From: Alphaproteobacteria bacterium
GTDB taxonomy: Bacteria > Pseudomonadota > Alphaproteobacteria > RF32 > CAG-239
Direction of reading: 5' to 3'
Assembly (NCBI GenBank): GCA_017480745.1
Contig: JAFUSA010000025.1
Span: 22,122-86,121 of the forward strand
Length of the DNA stretch: 64,000 nucleotides
In this document: piece by piece, positions 7,004 through 18,044 of the stretch
How positions within the stretch are numbered: position 1 is the stretch's first letter
How the letters are laid out: each line of letters starts with the position of its first letter
Program-made: the position numbers and the translations under genes
Notes under the pieces: model-generated
The model's database searches: none
What the model was told of the DNA's origin: nothing
What the model saw: the letters and a program-made list of their open reading frames with translations, nothing else

Positions 7004-10000
7004 ATGCAAAAATCATTGTTTACAAGATTTATTTTAAGTACAACCGCACTATCGTTCAGTTTTGCCGTGTTCTATCCGTATAGTTCGCAAGCCGCCGGTT
7101 TGGCTCCGGTTTCTTTTGAAGCAATGTATAATTTGGCAAAAAGCGGGAATGTGCAAGCTCTACGTGCATCAGTGCGCCGCGGTATGAATATTGATGTTAT
7201 GGATTCGAACGGAGATACGGGGTTATGTATAGCAGCGCAAAATAATGATCACTACACATATAATGCTTTTCGCGCTGCCGGCGCTAATCCCAATCATCCA
7301 TGCGTGCAAAAAATTGACCATTATGAGGATTTTTTGGCATCATCAAAAACTGTTGCTCTCAATGCTACTCCGCGAGAGGCTTTTAGTGCCGTTGGTTTAG
7401 AAAATTTTCATTTTCAGCCTAATTGGTGGATTGTCGGTGGCGTTGTTTTGGCCGGCGGTGCCGCAGCTTTGGCACTTAGCAGCGGTGGCGGCGGTGGAAA
7501 AAGCTCCGGTGGAAGTGGTGGAGACGATAGTAAACCGAAAGAAGAATATAATAGTTTGGCTTCTAAGCTGGCGGTAAACGGCTCAATAAAAGATACTGTT
7601 GATTCAACAAGCAAGGCTAACAGTGCTCGAATAGACGTAACAAACAGCAATACTGCGCAAATAAATACTATTGACTTTACAAAAAGTGTTTTGGATTATG
7701 CCGGATATGTTAATGTAGGGTTAAATGCTAAAAACGGTGGAAAATACACCAATGAATCCGCCGGTGTGATATATCTTACTTCGGGTGCGGTAGGCATGAG
7801 CGCTTTAACCAATTCCGAGGTTGTGAACAATGGCTTTATTCATGCTGATGCCTATAACGGTACTATTGGTATGGTAGGCAGTCAAAAATCGGTGATTACT
7901 AACAATGCTGCTGGTATAATAGCCAATGTTAACGATTCTAAGGGAATTGATTTGAATTTTTCCGGTAAGGATGGAATTGACGCAGTTATAGGTATGTATG
8001 TTGATACCAATTCACAGGCGATAAACAACGGTGATATTCGCGGAACGGCAATTCAGGCATATAGTGCCGGCACAACAACATCAGATGCTTCAACTTCTAT
8101 TGTCGGCAATATAATCGGTATGGAAGCAATGATCTTGAATGCCGGAAACGATGTTGCCGGTAAAGAAATAATTTTAAGCAATAACGGATCCGGTAATATC
8201 AATATCAGTGCCGGTGATGGTGGTTCGGGAACAACGGTTAATTTAAATTCTATCGGTATGGGAAGCTTTTTGGATAACGCTTTCTTAAACGGCTCTAAAA
8301 ATATTAACCGTGCCGAAGTGGTAACCATTAACAATAATGGCAATATTTCTATTGCCTATACCGGAACATACAGCCCGACTTCGGATACCACGCTTCGCAA
8401 AGGCACGGGAGGCGTTGTCGGTATGCGAGCCGATGCTAATACTACGGCTAACAATAGCGGAAACATTAATTTAAACTTTTCTCAATACGGTTCTTCCTCA
8501 TCACAACAGGGAATAAGCGCGGGAATGCAGTCAATTCACGGTGCTAATTTAACTAACAGCGGTAATATAAACATAACAACCATTGCCACCAATCAACTCG
8601 GTAATTATGGTATGCTTTCCGTAGAGGGTAGCGGATCTGTTTCCGGACTTTATACCGACTTAAATCAAAAGTTGAGTAATACCGGAGAAATTATTGTTAA
8701 AGCCACTAACAGTTACGGTATGGCTTCTTATAACGGTGGAACTTTAAGTAACAGCAACCACATTGCCGTAGGCAGTGCAACTGATACGCAATATAACAAT
8801 AATGTGGCAATGTATGGTTCCGGTGAAGGCACACAGGTAACTTTAAGCAATACCGGAACTATTGATGTTTATTCGTATAATTCTTATGCGATGAAAAACG
8901 ATTTTGCCGGTGCGCAAACAATACAAAACGACGGAACGATTAATATAAATTATGAAGCGACAAATTCCAAAGTTTTTGGAGGATATTATAGCTATGCCAT
9001 AAATAACGGACTTATCAACTATTATATAACGTCCGGCGGTAGTATGTCTGGAAGCGGAACAGATGCCGATGATCCTTTTTCCGAATATACTTTACAAGTT
9101 TCTCAATCTGTTTTGACTACGGAAAATTCTTCAACCTCTTCTTCAACTACGGAACTATTAACTAATAACAGTGGCAAAAACATAAATATTTACGGTTCGT
9201 CTTTTACTTCCGGTATGAGTATTATGTCTGCACGCGGTCAGGCTGAGAATTTAGGAACTATCAATCTTTTTCCGTATAGCGATAATTCCGAGTCAAATTC
9301 GGTTGTTATGTATATGGGGGACGACGGAATTAGCAGCGCAGCAATTCTTAATAGTGGAACAATTAACACAAGTTCCAATATGTCGGCGGCAATGGCCAGT
9401 GATTCATCACAAAATTCCCGCGTTATTAACTATGGAACCATTAATACTTCTAAGCCATATTCTATCGGGCTCTATGCCTCAGGTAGAAGTGTGTTAAATA
9501 ATTATGGTATTATAAAAATGAATGCTTCTGAAAGTGTTGGTGTGTATTCATCAGGTCCATCAAATATAATCAATACCGGCACTATAACCATCGGTTCTGC
9601 CGGCAATTCGCAGACATCGGTTTTCGGACTATATTCCAAAGGTGCGAACATTTCAATTACCAACGGAGATGATAGCGGAGTAGCCGCCGCTATAAATGTT
9701 TATGCAACAGGAAAACATAATGCAGGTATCTATGCCTCCGGAGATTACAATGTTGTATATAACAAATCCGGAGCCGTTATCGGCGGTAGTATATATAACG
9801 GTATTTCAATAACCGGAGCCAACAATACGGCGGTTAATTACGGCACGATCAGTGGTGTAGAAAACGGTATTTTCTCAGACGGTGAGAAAGCAACCATTGT
9901 AAACAGTGGGCTTATTACGGCAAGTACCTACGGAATACAAGCCAAACAAAGCGGTAGCAATATTACAAACAATGGCACTATAACTTCGGCAGATACAGGT

Positions 10001-11656
10001 ATTTGGGCTTATGCCGAGGGAACATCGGAAGAAGAAAAAACAACCATTACCAATAACGGCACTATCACGGCGCCTACCGGTATTTATGTTAAAATTGCTT
10101 CACCGGATGTTTATTTGGATGTTAAAAATAACGGCGCCATAAATTCCACATCTTACCAAGTACACACCTATGGTGAATATGAAAAACCATTAGAACCTGA
10201 TGAAGATTTTGATAAAAATATTAGTGTTATCGGAGCGAGTAATTGGTATAAAGAATATGAATCATACGAGAAAGAAACCCAAACAGCAGAAACAGCATTT
10301 AGAATACCTGCAAAACGTAATTGGAACTTCATCAATAACGGAACATATTATTCTGCCACAGCGTTAAACTTTGATAATTCGTTCTTCAATTTTGTTTTGG
10401 ATGAAAATGCGTCTTATGTTGCTCCGGCTTTAAGCGGAACAGTAAATTTGGCTGATAACGTGGTATCATCCGGTTTTGAAAATGAATATGCGGTTAAAAA
10501 TGCTTTTGTCGGAGCCAATAAAGGTATTGTACTTAATAACAATTTATACATGTTTGAAAATACTTTGCGCGAAAATTCATCCGGCGCCTTAGATGCCGTT
10601 GCCACTATGCGTGATTTCGGAGAATTGATGAAAAATCAATCGTTGGCTAAATATTTGTCGGCAAACTATCAACAACAGAATAACGAAAATTTATATTCCG
10701 CGCTCAAAACAACGCGTAGTGCAGCTGCGTTTGATGCTGTAATAAATAAAAAATTCGCCCTTGATTTTGTGCCTAATTTAGCCAAACAAAATTTGGATAA
10801 TATGCAAATTATCGATCGTGAAATAAATGATGAATTGTTAGAAAAAACTTATTTGCCTAAGAGGTATTCGGTTAAAGTTGTTAGCTATAAAAAAGATGTT
10901 GACGGTAAACATGAAATAAGCGGATATAAAGATAAGGTAACATCGGTTTATGGATTCGGCGATCACTATTTGGGGCATAATATGCGTGGCGGTTACGGAT
11001 TAAACGTTACGCGTAGCGACAGTGATTTTGATAACGATTCTTCTCGCTATAACAATGTTGTAGAAGCGTTTGCTCCTGTTTTGTGGAACAAGGCGGATAC
11101 TTCGGCTTTGGTTAAATTAAAAGCAGGTTTCGGACGCGGACATTATCGTCGCATCGGATTAAATAACGCTCCGCATAAAATGCAAACCAAAGAGTATTAT
11201 TATGGATTTGATACTGATTTTCGCCATGATTTTGACTTAGGAGCATTAGTTTTGGAACCGCATATCGGTTTTGACACAACCGCTATGTATATGGATAATT
11301 CAGGCGAAAGCAACGGTGGTTTGAAATTAAAAGACGAAAATATTGTTTCGGCAAAGTCTGTAATTGGTCTGAAGCTGAAAAAAAGTTTTGATTTTAACTA
11401 TAATCAGTCGCTTGATTTGAGTGCCGGTGGAACATATTATCACGAATTTGGTAATAAATATCGTCAGTCGGTTGCCGCAGATGGAATGAGCGGTGTTTAT
11501 GAAATTGCCGATGGTCGTATGCAACGCAATTTCGGTTTGCTCAATATGAAAGCCAAATATCAATATAAGCAATTTTCGTTAGGTGTATCGGCAAATGCAC
11601 CTCTTGAACAGAAAAATAACGCTTATTATATGCTTGATTTAGGGTATAAATTTTAA
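7004..11656 (+). CDS. Autotransporter outer membrane protein with a large repetitive passenger and a C-terminal beta-barrel
   Basis: 1550 aa. Signal peptide MQKSLFTRFILSTTALSFSFAVFYPYSSQA. The Asn/Gly/Ser/Thr-rich passenger repeats N-x-G-x-I motifs. The last ~280 aa show alternating beta-strand patterns and end in ...YMLDLGYKF (terminal Phe). Confidence 0.8.
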   Translation: MQKSLFTRFILSTTALSFSFAVFYPYSSQAAGLAPVSFEAMYNLAKSGNVQALRASVRRGMNIDVMDSNGDTGLCIAAQNNDHYTYNAFRAAGANPNHPCVQKIDHYEDFLASSKTVALNATPREAFSAVGLENFHFQPNWWIVGGVVLAGGAAALALSSGGGGGKSSGGSGGDDSKPKEEYNSLASKLAVNGSIKDTVDSTSKANSARIDVTNSNTAQINTIDFTKSVLDYAGYVNVGLNAKNGGKYTNESAGVIYLTSGAVGMSALTNSEVVNNGFIHADAYNGTIGMVGSQKSVITNNAAGIIANVNDSKGIDLNFSGKDGIDAVIGMYVDTNSQAINNGDIRGTAIQAYSAGTTTSDASTSIVGNIIGMEAMILNAGNDVAGKEIILSNNGSGNINISAGDGGSGTTVNLNSIGMGSFLDNAFLNGSKNINRAEVVTINNNGNISIAYTGTYSPTSDTTLRKGTGGVVGMRADANTTANNSGNINLNFSQYGSSSSQQGISAGMQSIHGANLTNSGNINITTIATNQLGNYGMLSVEGSGSVSGLYTDLNQKLSNTGEIIVKATNSYGMASYNGGTLSNSNHIAVGSATDTQYNNNVAMYGSGEGTQVTLSNTGTIDVYSYNSYAMKNDFAGAQTIQNDGTININYEATNSKVFGGYYSYAINNGLINYYITSGGSMSGSGTDADDPFSEYTLQVSQSVLTTENSSTSSSTTELLTNNSGKNINIYGSSFTSGMSIMSARGQAENLGTINLFPYSDNSESNSVVMYMGDDGISSAAILNSGTINTSSNMSAAMASDSSQNSRVINYGTINTSKPYSIGLYASGRSVLNNYGIIKMNASESVGVYSSGPSNIINTGTITIGSAGNSQTSVFGLYSKGANISITNGDDSGVAAAINVYATGKHNAGIYASGDYNVVYNKSGAVIGGSIYNGISITGANNTAVNYGTISGVENGIFSDGEKATIVNSGLITASTYGIQAKQSGSNITNNGTITSADTGIWAYAEGTSEEEKTTITNNGTITAPTGIYVKIASPDVYLDVKNNGAINSTSYQVHTYGEYEKPLEPDEDFDKNISVIGASNWYKEYESYEKETQTAETAFRIPAKRNWNFINNGTYYSATALNFDNSFFNFVLDENASYVAPALSGTVNLADNVVSSGFENEYAVKNAFVGANKGIVLNNNLYMFENTLRENSSGALDAVATMRDFGELMKNQSLAKYLSANYQQQNNENLYSALKTTRSAAAFDAVINKKFALDFVPNLAKQNLDNMQIIDREINDELLEKTYLPKRYSVKVVSYKKDVDGKHEISGYKDKVTSVYGFGDHYLGHNMRGGYGLNVTRSDSDFDNDSSRYNNVVEAFAPVLWNKADTSALVKLKAGFGRGHYRRIGLNNAPHKMQTKEYYYGFDTDFRHDFDLGALVLEPHIGFDTTAMYMDNSGESNGGLKLKDENIVSAKSVIGLKLKKSFDFNYNQSLDLSAGGTYYHEFGNKYRQSVAADGMSGVYEIADGRMQRNFGLLNMKAKYQYKQFSLGVSANAPLEQKNNAYYMLDLGYKF

Positions 11657-11680
11657 ATAACCGACAACATAGTTTATAAA

Positions 11681-11705
11681 ACCGCCGACTTTCCGAATCG
11701 GCGGT
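11681..11705. terminator. Bidirectional terminator-like hairpin between the autotransporter and paralog 2
   Basis: ACCGCCGA-ctttccgaa-TCGGCGGT. Confidence 0.55.
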
Positions 11706-11728
11706 TAAGTTATTCACAAACGATATAA

Positions 11729-12469
11729 TTATTTTAACCTTGTTTTCCACGGTTCAGCGTTTACGTCTATATCAAAATAAAATCCTACATCATCTATGTA
11801 TCTATCAGCACAATACTTAACAGCATTATCTACCGTTACCGGCGTTTTCAAATACGTTCCGCGATTAGTTCCATCAACCACAAAAATTGCCGCAACATTA
11901 GCGTTAGTCCAATCTTGTGATACTAATTCAATACAGGCTTCATCAGATTCTATTTCATACGACATCTTAAAAGCTTTGTTTTGTTCTGTTGATGATTTAT
12001 CAATAGAATAAAGTGAAAATCCACCGCCAAAAGCATTGGTAGTATCTGCTCTCGATCGCGATCCCATAGGTCCCTCAGATATATTACTCAACATTTCATC
12101 GGGAAGAAGTTTTGCCTTAATTACCACCGGACAGTCTACGTCACAATACGCTCCTTCATAACTTCTTTGCGGAGCAAAAAATGCTCGCACATTGCCGGCA
12201 ATTAAAGTTATCTGCTCGATAGTTTTGTTAATGCGATACTTCATCACTGCTTTGGAATATCCGGCGATTCCGCCAACGCTTAACACACCGATAATTGCCA
12301 GCACGCCAAGCATCTCTATCATGCTTCTTCCGCATTGCGGCGCATCTGCTTGTCTGTTTTTCGCTGGTGTACTGTCTGTGTACACGGCACTCAAAACGGC
12401 CGGCGCATCTGCACCACTCTTCGGAAGAAGTGAACGACCATTTTCATTTTCTAAATCAAAGTTTCTCAT
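11729..12469 (-). CDS. Prepilin-like protein, paralog 2 of 7 (47-aa leader peptide)
   Basis: MRNFDLENENGRSLLPKSGADAPAVLSAVYTDSTPAKNRQADAPQCG|RSMIEMLGVLAIIGVLSVGGIAGYSKAVMKYRINKTIEQITLIAGNVRAFF. Family motifs KAKLLPDEM, AFGGG and EACIELVSQDW are present. Confidence 0.75.
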   Translation of the reverse strand: MRNFDLENENGRSLLPKSGADAPAVLSAVYTDSTPAKNRQADAPQCGRSMIEMLGVLAIIGVLSVGGIAGYSKAVMKYRINKTIEQITLIAGNVRAFFAPQRSYEGAYCDVDCPVVIKAKLLPDEMLSNISEGPMGSRSRADTTNAFGGGFSLYSIDKSSTEQNKAFKMSYEIESDEACIELVSQDWTNANVAAIFVVDGTNRGTYLKTPVTVDNAVKYCADRYIDDVGFYFDIDVNAEPWKTRLK

Positions 12470-12715
12470 AGTAAACTTCCTTTCATTAAAGTTGTTGTTT
12501 TAATATTAAAATTGCCGCCTCATGAGGCGGCTGGAAGTTCAAAGCTATTATAAGTTAAATAGTGTAGCTTATTAAAACATGTTCTATTCGGCTACCTTCC
12601 AGCCATGCTGGAAAATTTTTACGTCCTTAAAGACGAACTTATAAGAGGCTTTGAAACCCCAGATGACTTTTACCTCATCTTATACTTGTTATACCATAAA
12701 AAGTTCAAAAGTCAA
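12470..12715 (-). promoter_or_regulatory. Promoter plus conserved structured 5' leader of paralog 2
   Basis: On the minus strand: TTGACT (12715-12710), N16, TGgTATAAC (-10 at 12693-12688). Leader hairpins are AGATGA/TCATCT, CGTC/GACG, TTCCAGC/GCTGGAA and GCCGCC-tcatga-GGCGGC (12514-12531), followed by AAAGGAAGTTTACT-ATG. Confidence 0.7.
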
Positions 12716-12863
12716 ACAAATTTTATACAGAGCAAAAAAAATTTTGCATAACTGTAAAAAAAGTTCTTTACATTTATGAAAAATGTGCTATATGACTTGA
12801 CAACGACAAAAAATATTATCTGGTGGAGCGTAAAAGCCCCGCTTTTTTATTAAAGGATGCGCG

Positions 12864-13364
12864 ATGCAAAAACATTATTTACAAGACTTGATAGAACCGG
12901 TGGTGCAGGGGGCCGGCTACGATTTGGTGCGGGTATTAACCGTTGGACAAACGAATCCGACTCTGCAAGTTATGATTGAAAATTCTGATCATAAAACAAA
13001 TATTACGGTTGATGATTGTGCAAAAGTCAGCAAGTTGCTTTCGGCTATGTTGGATGAAAAAGACCCGATAGAGAGTGAATATTCTCTGGAAGTTAGCTCT
13101 CCTGGGCTTGATCGTCCGTTGACAAAGTTAGAGCATTTTGTTCGTTTTTGCGGCTATGAAATCAAGTTAGAAACAGAAGAAAAAGTAAATAATCGCAAGC
13201 GCTTTAAGGGAAAGATAATTAGTGTTACCGACGATAATATCGTTATGGAAACAAATGGTGAAGAATACACAATTCCGTTTAGCGTGGTAAATAAGGCCAA
13301 ATTGGTGTTAACCGATGAATTGTGGGAAGAATATCAGGCAGCAAGTGTTGCTGATGAACTTTAA
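12864..13364 (+). CDS. rimP: Ribosome maturation factor RimP
   Basis: 166 aa, LIEPVVQGAGYDLVRV...EVSSPGLDRPL, immediately upstream of nusA as in the conserved operon. Confidence 0.9.
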   Translation: MQKHYLQDLIEPVVQGAGYDLVRVLTVGQTNPTLQVMIENSDHKTNITVDDCAKVSKLLSAMLDEKDPIESEYSLEVSSPGLDRPLTKLEHFVRFCGYEIKLETEEKVNNRKRFKGKIISVTDDNIVMETNGEEYTIPFSVVNKAKLVLTDELWEEYQAASVADEL

Positions 13365-13388
13365 TTTTTGTATGAGGATATGATAAAA

Positions 13389-14927
13389 ATGGAAAATTTT
13401 GAAAATATGCCGAGACCTGAAATTGTTAATGTTGCAGATTCGGTTGCCAGAGAAAAAGATATTGATAAGGAAGACGTTTTTGTGGCGATGGAAGTTGCCA
13501 TTCAAAAGGCAGGCCGCACAAAATACGGTTTTGAACAAGATATTCGTGTCAGTATTGATCGTCGAACAGGCGCTATTTCTCTTTCACGTTATCGTGAAGT
13601 TGTGGACGATGATGCGATTATTGAAAATGAAGCTGCTCAAATTCCGTTGCGAGTTGCTAAACAATATGATAAAAATTTGCAGGTAGGCGATTTTATTATA
13701 GATCCTCTGCCTCCGATGGATTTCGGACGTATTGCCGCACAAACTGCTAAACAGGTGATTATGCAAAAAGTTCGTGAAGCAGAACGCAACAAACAATATG
13801 AAGAATTTAAAGAAAAAATCGGCACAATTATTAACGGAACAGTTAAACGTGTTGAATTCGGTAATACTATTTTGGATATTGGTAAAGCCGAAGCTGTTTT
13901 ACGTCATGATGAAACTATTCCAAGAGAAAAGTTCAAAAACGGCGATCGCGTAAGAGCCTATGTTTTAGATGTTCGTCGCGAAGTAAAAGGACCGCAAATC
14001 TTTTTGTCGAGAACATGTCCTGAGTTCATGGAAAAATTATTTATACAGGAAGTTCCGGAATTATATGACGGTGTTGTGCAAATTATGGGTGTTGCTCGTG
14101 ATCCGGGATCTAAGGCAAAAATTTCCGTTCGTGCTAACGATAAAACAATTGATGCTGTTGGTGCTTGTGTGGGTTTGCGCGGTATTCGTGTTCAGGCCAT
14201 TGTAAACGAGTTGCAAGGGGAAAAAATTGATATTATTCCTTATTCCGAAGACAAAGCGCAATATATTGTCAGCGCCTTGGCTCCGGCTGATATCAGCAAG
14301 GTGGTTTTTGATGAAGAGAATAACCGTGTTGAAGTTATTGTTTCCGAAGATCAGTTATCTTTAACTATTGGTCGTCGCGGACAAAATGTTAAATTGGCTT
14401 CGCAACTTTTCGGTGCAAATATTGATGTTATGACCGAAGAACAGGCTCGTGAACGTTTGGCAAATGAGAATAAAGTTCGCACCAAACGCTTTATGGATGC
14501 GCTTGATGTTGATGATATGATTGCTCATTTGCTGGTTGCCGAAGGTTTTTCAACGGTTGATGATGTGGCATTGGTTGACGTTAAGGAATTGGCTGAAATT
14601 GAAGGCTTTGATGAAGATATCGCCCAAGAATTACAGTCTCGCGCCAAAGAGTTTATTGAAAATCGTGATACAGAGTTTGAAAATAAGCGCAAAGAACTTA
14701 ATATTGATGACAGCTTGATAAATGTTGAAGGTTTGGAACCTGATATGGTAGTTCGTTTGGCTGAAAACGGCGTTAAAAATATTGATGATTTGGCCGATTT
14801 GGCTTCTGATGAGCTAATTGAAATTTTAGGCGAAAATGCAGTTTCCGAAAAAGAGGCCGAAAGCATCATAATGAAAGCCCGTGAACACTGGTTTACCGAA
14901 GAGGATCAAACTGAAAATCAAGAATAA
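13389..14927 (+). CDS. nusA: Transcription termination/antitermination factor NusA
   Basis: S1/KH-domain sequence with strong NusA similarity (VAREKDIDKEDVFVAMEVAIQKA..., ...GACVGLRGIRVQAIVNELQGEKIDII...). The ATG at 13389 is preferred over the TTG at 13368 (GAGGA at 13374-13378). Confidence 0.93.
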   Translation: MENFENMPRPEIVNVADSVAREKDIDKEDVFVAMEVAIQKAGRTKYGFEQDIRVSIDRRTGAISLSRYREVVDDDAIIENEAAQIPLRVAKQYDKNLQVGDFIIDPLPPMDFGRIAAQTAKQVIMQKVREAERNKQYEEFKEKIGTIINGTVKRVEFGNTILDIGKAEAVLRHDETIPREKFKNGDRVRAYVLDVRREVKGPQIFLSRTCPEFMEKLFIQEVPELYDGVVQIMGVARDPGSKAKISVRANDKTIDAVGACVGLRGIRVQAIVNELQGEKIDIIPYSEDKAQYIVSALAPADISKVVFDEENNRVEVIVSEDQLSLTIGRRGQNVKLASQLFGANIDVMTEEQARERLANENKVRTKRFMDALDVDDMIAHLLVAEGFSTVDDVALVDVKELAEIEGFDEDIAQELQSRAKEFIENRDTEFENKRKELNIDDSLINVEGLEPDMVVRLAENGVKNIDDLADLASDELIEILGENAVSEKEAESIIMKAREHWFTEEDQTENQE

Positions 14928-14945
14928 GATACGGTAGAACAGACA

Positions 14946-15521
14946 ATGAAAAAAGAGTTGGAAAATATTAGAAAGTGCGTTTTAACCGGCAATATAGGTT
15001 CTCGTGATGAGTTATTGCGTTTTTCGTTATTGCCCGGTGGTATTGTTGTACCTGATTTTGGTAAAAAATTGGATGGACGAGGCTTCTATATTTCCAACTC
15101 TAAAAAACTTATTGAGAAACTGTTGGTAAAAAATCCACTGAACAAGATTTTACATACAAAAACAGTTATAACAGAAGATCTGCTGCAAAATGTTGAAACG
15201 GTTTTACGCAAGAAAGGTTTAGATGCCGTCAATTTGGCGCGTAAGGCCGGAAGCCTGATTTTAGGGTTTGAAAAAGTTAAAGAAGCAATTATAAAAAACA
15301 AAGTTGAGTGCTTGGTAATTGCTGCCGATGCCGGAGTTGACGGGAAACAGAAAATATCGGAAATATCAAAGGAGTTACCGGTATTTATGTTGTATGAAGC
15401 TCAATGTTTGGAACAGGCTCTCAATCGTGACAATACCATATATATGGCAATACAAAAAAGTCCGATAGGGCAAATGGCTCACACTGCTTTAAGGCGCTAT
15501 CAAACATTTTTGGATGAATAA
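14946..15521 (+). CDS. YlxR/DUF448 RNA-binding protein fused to an L7Ae-like domain
   Basis: RKCVLTGNIGSRDELLRF (YlxR motif) followed by KAGSLILGFEKVKEAIIKNKVECLVIAADAG (L7Ae-like). Its position between nusA and infB is typical. Confidence 0.8.
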   Translation: MKKELENIRKCVLTGNIGSRDELLRFSLLPGGIVVPDFGKKLDGRGFYISNSKKLIEKLLVKNPLNKILHTKTVITEDLLQNVETVLRKKGLDAVNLARKAGSLILGFEKVKEAIIKNKVECLVIAADAGVDGKQKISEISKELPVFMLYEAQCLEQALNRDNTIYMAIQKSPIGQMAHTALRRYQTFLDE

Positions 15522-15537
15522 TGGAGAATGAATTAGT

Positions 15538-18033
15538 ATGACAGAAGAGAGTGCAAAAGGGAAATTAACTTTACCGAAAAAGTCTACCCTCACTTTGAAA
15601 AATATCAACAAACCGGCAAGTAATGATGGTAAAAAGGTTGTTCAGGTTGAAGTGCGCAAAAAACGCGTCATTAGCCAGAATAGCACATCAACACCTAAGG
15701 TTGAAATAGATGAAGCAACTGCGCAAAAATTAAAATTACTTGCCGAAGCAAAAGAGTTTGAGGCCAAAAAACGTCAGGAAGAAGAAGTAAAAGAGGCTCA
15801 ACGTCAAAAGTTGCAACAAGAAAAGCAGGAAAAAATTCGCGAAGAAGAAAAAGCCAATGAACAGACTTCCGAAAAGCAAAAAAGCGAGTCGGTAAAGACA
15901 GATGTTGCAACAAAACAATCAACAGTGGAAAAAACGCCTGTAAAATCTGATTCTTCTGAATATAACAAATCCAAAAAATCTAAGGATTATGACGACGATG
16001 ACGATGATGATGACGGCTATTATAAGAAAGGTAAAAAGTCATCTTCATCAATAGTGGAAAAACACACTATGACCAAGGAAGAAACCTTTGAACAGGAACG
16101 TAAAAAGATTCAAAAACGCAGTTTTGAGCCACAACGTCGCAACAATAAGATTAATGTAAACAGCTATATGGTTGGCGGAGATGACGAAGATGATGACTAT
16201 GGTTTTGCTCCGCGTCGCAAGTTTAAGAAAAAACAACCTAAACCGGTACAAACTGCCCAAGCTCAAACAGAAAAGGTTATTAAAGAAGTTATTGTGCCTG
16301 AAACAATTACGGTGCAAGAGCTGGCCAATCGTATGGCAGAAAAAAGCACAGATGTTATTAAACGCCTTATGTCTATGGGTGTTATGGCAACAATTAATCA
16401 GGCCATAGATGCCGATACGGCGCAAATTATTGTTGAAGATATGGGGCACAAGGTTAAACGTGTTTCAGATAGTGATGTTGAATTGGGGTTGGATGGTCCG
16501 GAAGATACTGCTCAGGATTTATTACCGCGCGCTCCGATTGTTACGGTTATGGGACACGTTGACCATGGTAAAACTTCATTATTGGATGCGTTGCGTGAAA
16601 CTAACGTTGTTGCCAAAGAAGCCGGTGGTATTACTCAGCACATAGGTGCGTATCAAATAACTTTGGAAGACGGGCAAAAAATTACTTTTATTGATACACC
16701 GGGACACGAGGCATTTTCGGAAATGCGCGCCAGAGGTGCACAGGTAACGGATATTGTGGTGTTGGTTGTTGCGGCAAACGACGGCATTATGCCGCAAACC
16801 GTGGAAGCCATTCGCCATGCGCAAGCAGCAGGAGTTCCTTTGGTTGTGGCTATCAATAAAATAGATTTGCCGGGAGCCGATCCGATGAGAGTTAAAACCG
16901 AGCTGTTGCAATATGGTATAGGTGTTGAAGAGATGGGCGGAGAGTGCTTGTGTGCTGAAATTTCTGCCAAAAAACGTATCAATATCGATAAATTGGTAGA
17001 AGCTATTTTGTTGCAGGCCGAAATGCTTGATCTGAAAGCCAATCCTAATCGCACAGCGCAAGGAACGGTTGTTGAAGCCAAAATGGAAAAGGGGCGCGGT
17101 TCGGTTGCTACCTTGTTAGTGCAAAAAGGAACTCTTAACGTTGGCGATATTTTGATTGCAGGCAAGGAGTGGGGACATGTGCGCGCTATGTTTAATGAAC
17201 ATGGCAAAAAAGTGATGACGGCTACTCCGGCTACTCCTGTGGAAGTTGTTGGTTTGCAGGGAACGCCTATGGCAGGCGATAATTTTGTGGTTGCCAAAGA
17301 TGAGGCACAAGCGCGTGAAGTTACCGGATATCGTATTCGTAAGGAGCGTGATGCTAAGATTGTGGCTAATACAAAATCGGCAATGGAACAAATGATGGAT
17401 AAGATAAAATCAGGAGAATCTAAACACTTATCTGTGGTTATTAAAGCAGATGTCCAAGGTTCTATTGAGGCTTTGGAAGGCTCTTTGAAAAAACTTTCCA
17501 ATGACGAGGTTTCGGTGCAAATTTTGCATTCGGCGGTTGGTGCTATTTCGGAATCAGATGTAACATTAGCAAGGGCTTCCGATGCTTTGATTATCGGCTT
17601 TAATGTTAGAGCCAATGCTCAGGCGCGTGATATGGCTCATCGTGATGGAGTTGATATTCGCTATTATTCAATAATTTATACAGTGGTGGATGATGTGAAG
17701 AAAGCTTTGGAAGGTATGCTGACGCCTGAATTACGTGAAAAGATTTTGGGCTATGCTCAAATTCGCAATGTGTTCAACATTACCGGAGTTGGTAAGGTTG
17801 CCGGTTGTATGGTAACCGAAGGTTTAGTAAAACGCGGGGCAAAAGTCCGCTTATTGCGAGATAATGTGGTTATTCATGATGGTAACTTAGGACAGCTTAA
17901 GCGCTATAAAGACGATGTTAAGGAAGTTAAAGAGGGCTTTGAGTGTGGTATGAGTTTTGAAAATTATAGTGACATTCAGGTTAATGATGCCATAGAATGC
18001 TATGAAGTGGAAGAAATTGCCAAAACTTTATAA
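15538..18033 (+). CDS. infB: Translation initiation factor IF-2
   Basis: 831 aa with a charged Lys/Glu/Asp-rich N-terminus and a GTPase core [16 protein letters not shown]...DTPGHEAF...NKID. Confidence 0.95.
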   Translation: MTEESAKGKLTLPKKSTLTLKNINKPASNDGKKVVQVEVRKKRVISQNSTSTPKVEIDEATAQKLKLLAEAKEFEAKKRQEEEVKEAQRQKLQQEKQEKIREEEKANEQTSEKQKSESVKTDVATKQSTVEKTPVKSDSSEYNKSKKSKDYDDDDDDDDGYYKKGKKSSSSIVEKHTMTKEETFEQERKKIQKRSFEPQRRNNKINVNSYMVGGDDEDDDYGFAPRRKFKKKQPKPVQTAQAQTEKVIKEVIVPETITVQELANRMAEKSTDVIKRLMSMGVMATINQAIDADTAQIIVEDMGHKVKRVSDSDVELGLDGPEDTAQDLLPRAPIVTVMGHVDHGKTSLLDALRETNVVAKEAGGITQHIGAYQITLEDGQKITFIDTPGHEAFSEMRARGAQVTDIVVLVVAANDGIMPQTVEAIRHAQAAGVPLVVAINKIDLPGADPMRVKTELLQYGIGVEEMGGECLCAEISAKKRINIDKLVEAILLQAEMLDLKANPNRTAQGTVVEAKMEKGRGSVATLLVQKGTLNVGDILIAGKEWGHVRAMFNEHGKKVMTATPATPVEVVGLQGTPMAGDNFVVAKDEAQAREVTGYRIRKERDAKIVANTKSAMEQMMDKIKSGESKHLSVVIKADVQGSIEALEGSLKKLSNDEVSVQILHSAVGAISESDVTLARASDALIIGFNVRANAQARDMAHRDGVDIRYYSIIYTVVDDVKKALEGMLTPELREKILGYAQIRNVFNITGVGKVAGCMVTEGLVKRGAKVRLLRDNVVIHDGNLGQLKRYKDDVKEVKEGFECGMSFENYSDIQVNDAIECYEVEEIAKTL

Positions 18034-18044
18034 GGAGAAAAGTT

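Noticed and set aside
16653-17615. Long antisense and alternate-frame ORFs inside infB, nusA and the autotransporter, for example 16653-17615 (320 aa), 16579-17061, 14525-14869, 7414-7650 and 8053-8343
   Set aside because: They are embedded in confidently identified genes on the other strand or frame. Their low-complexity, repetitive translations are typical of shadow ORFs.
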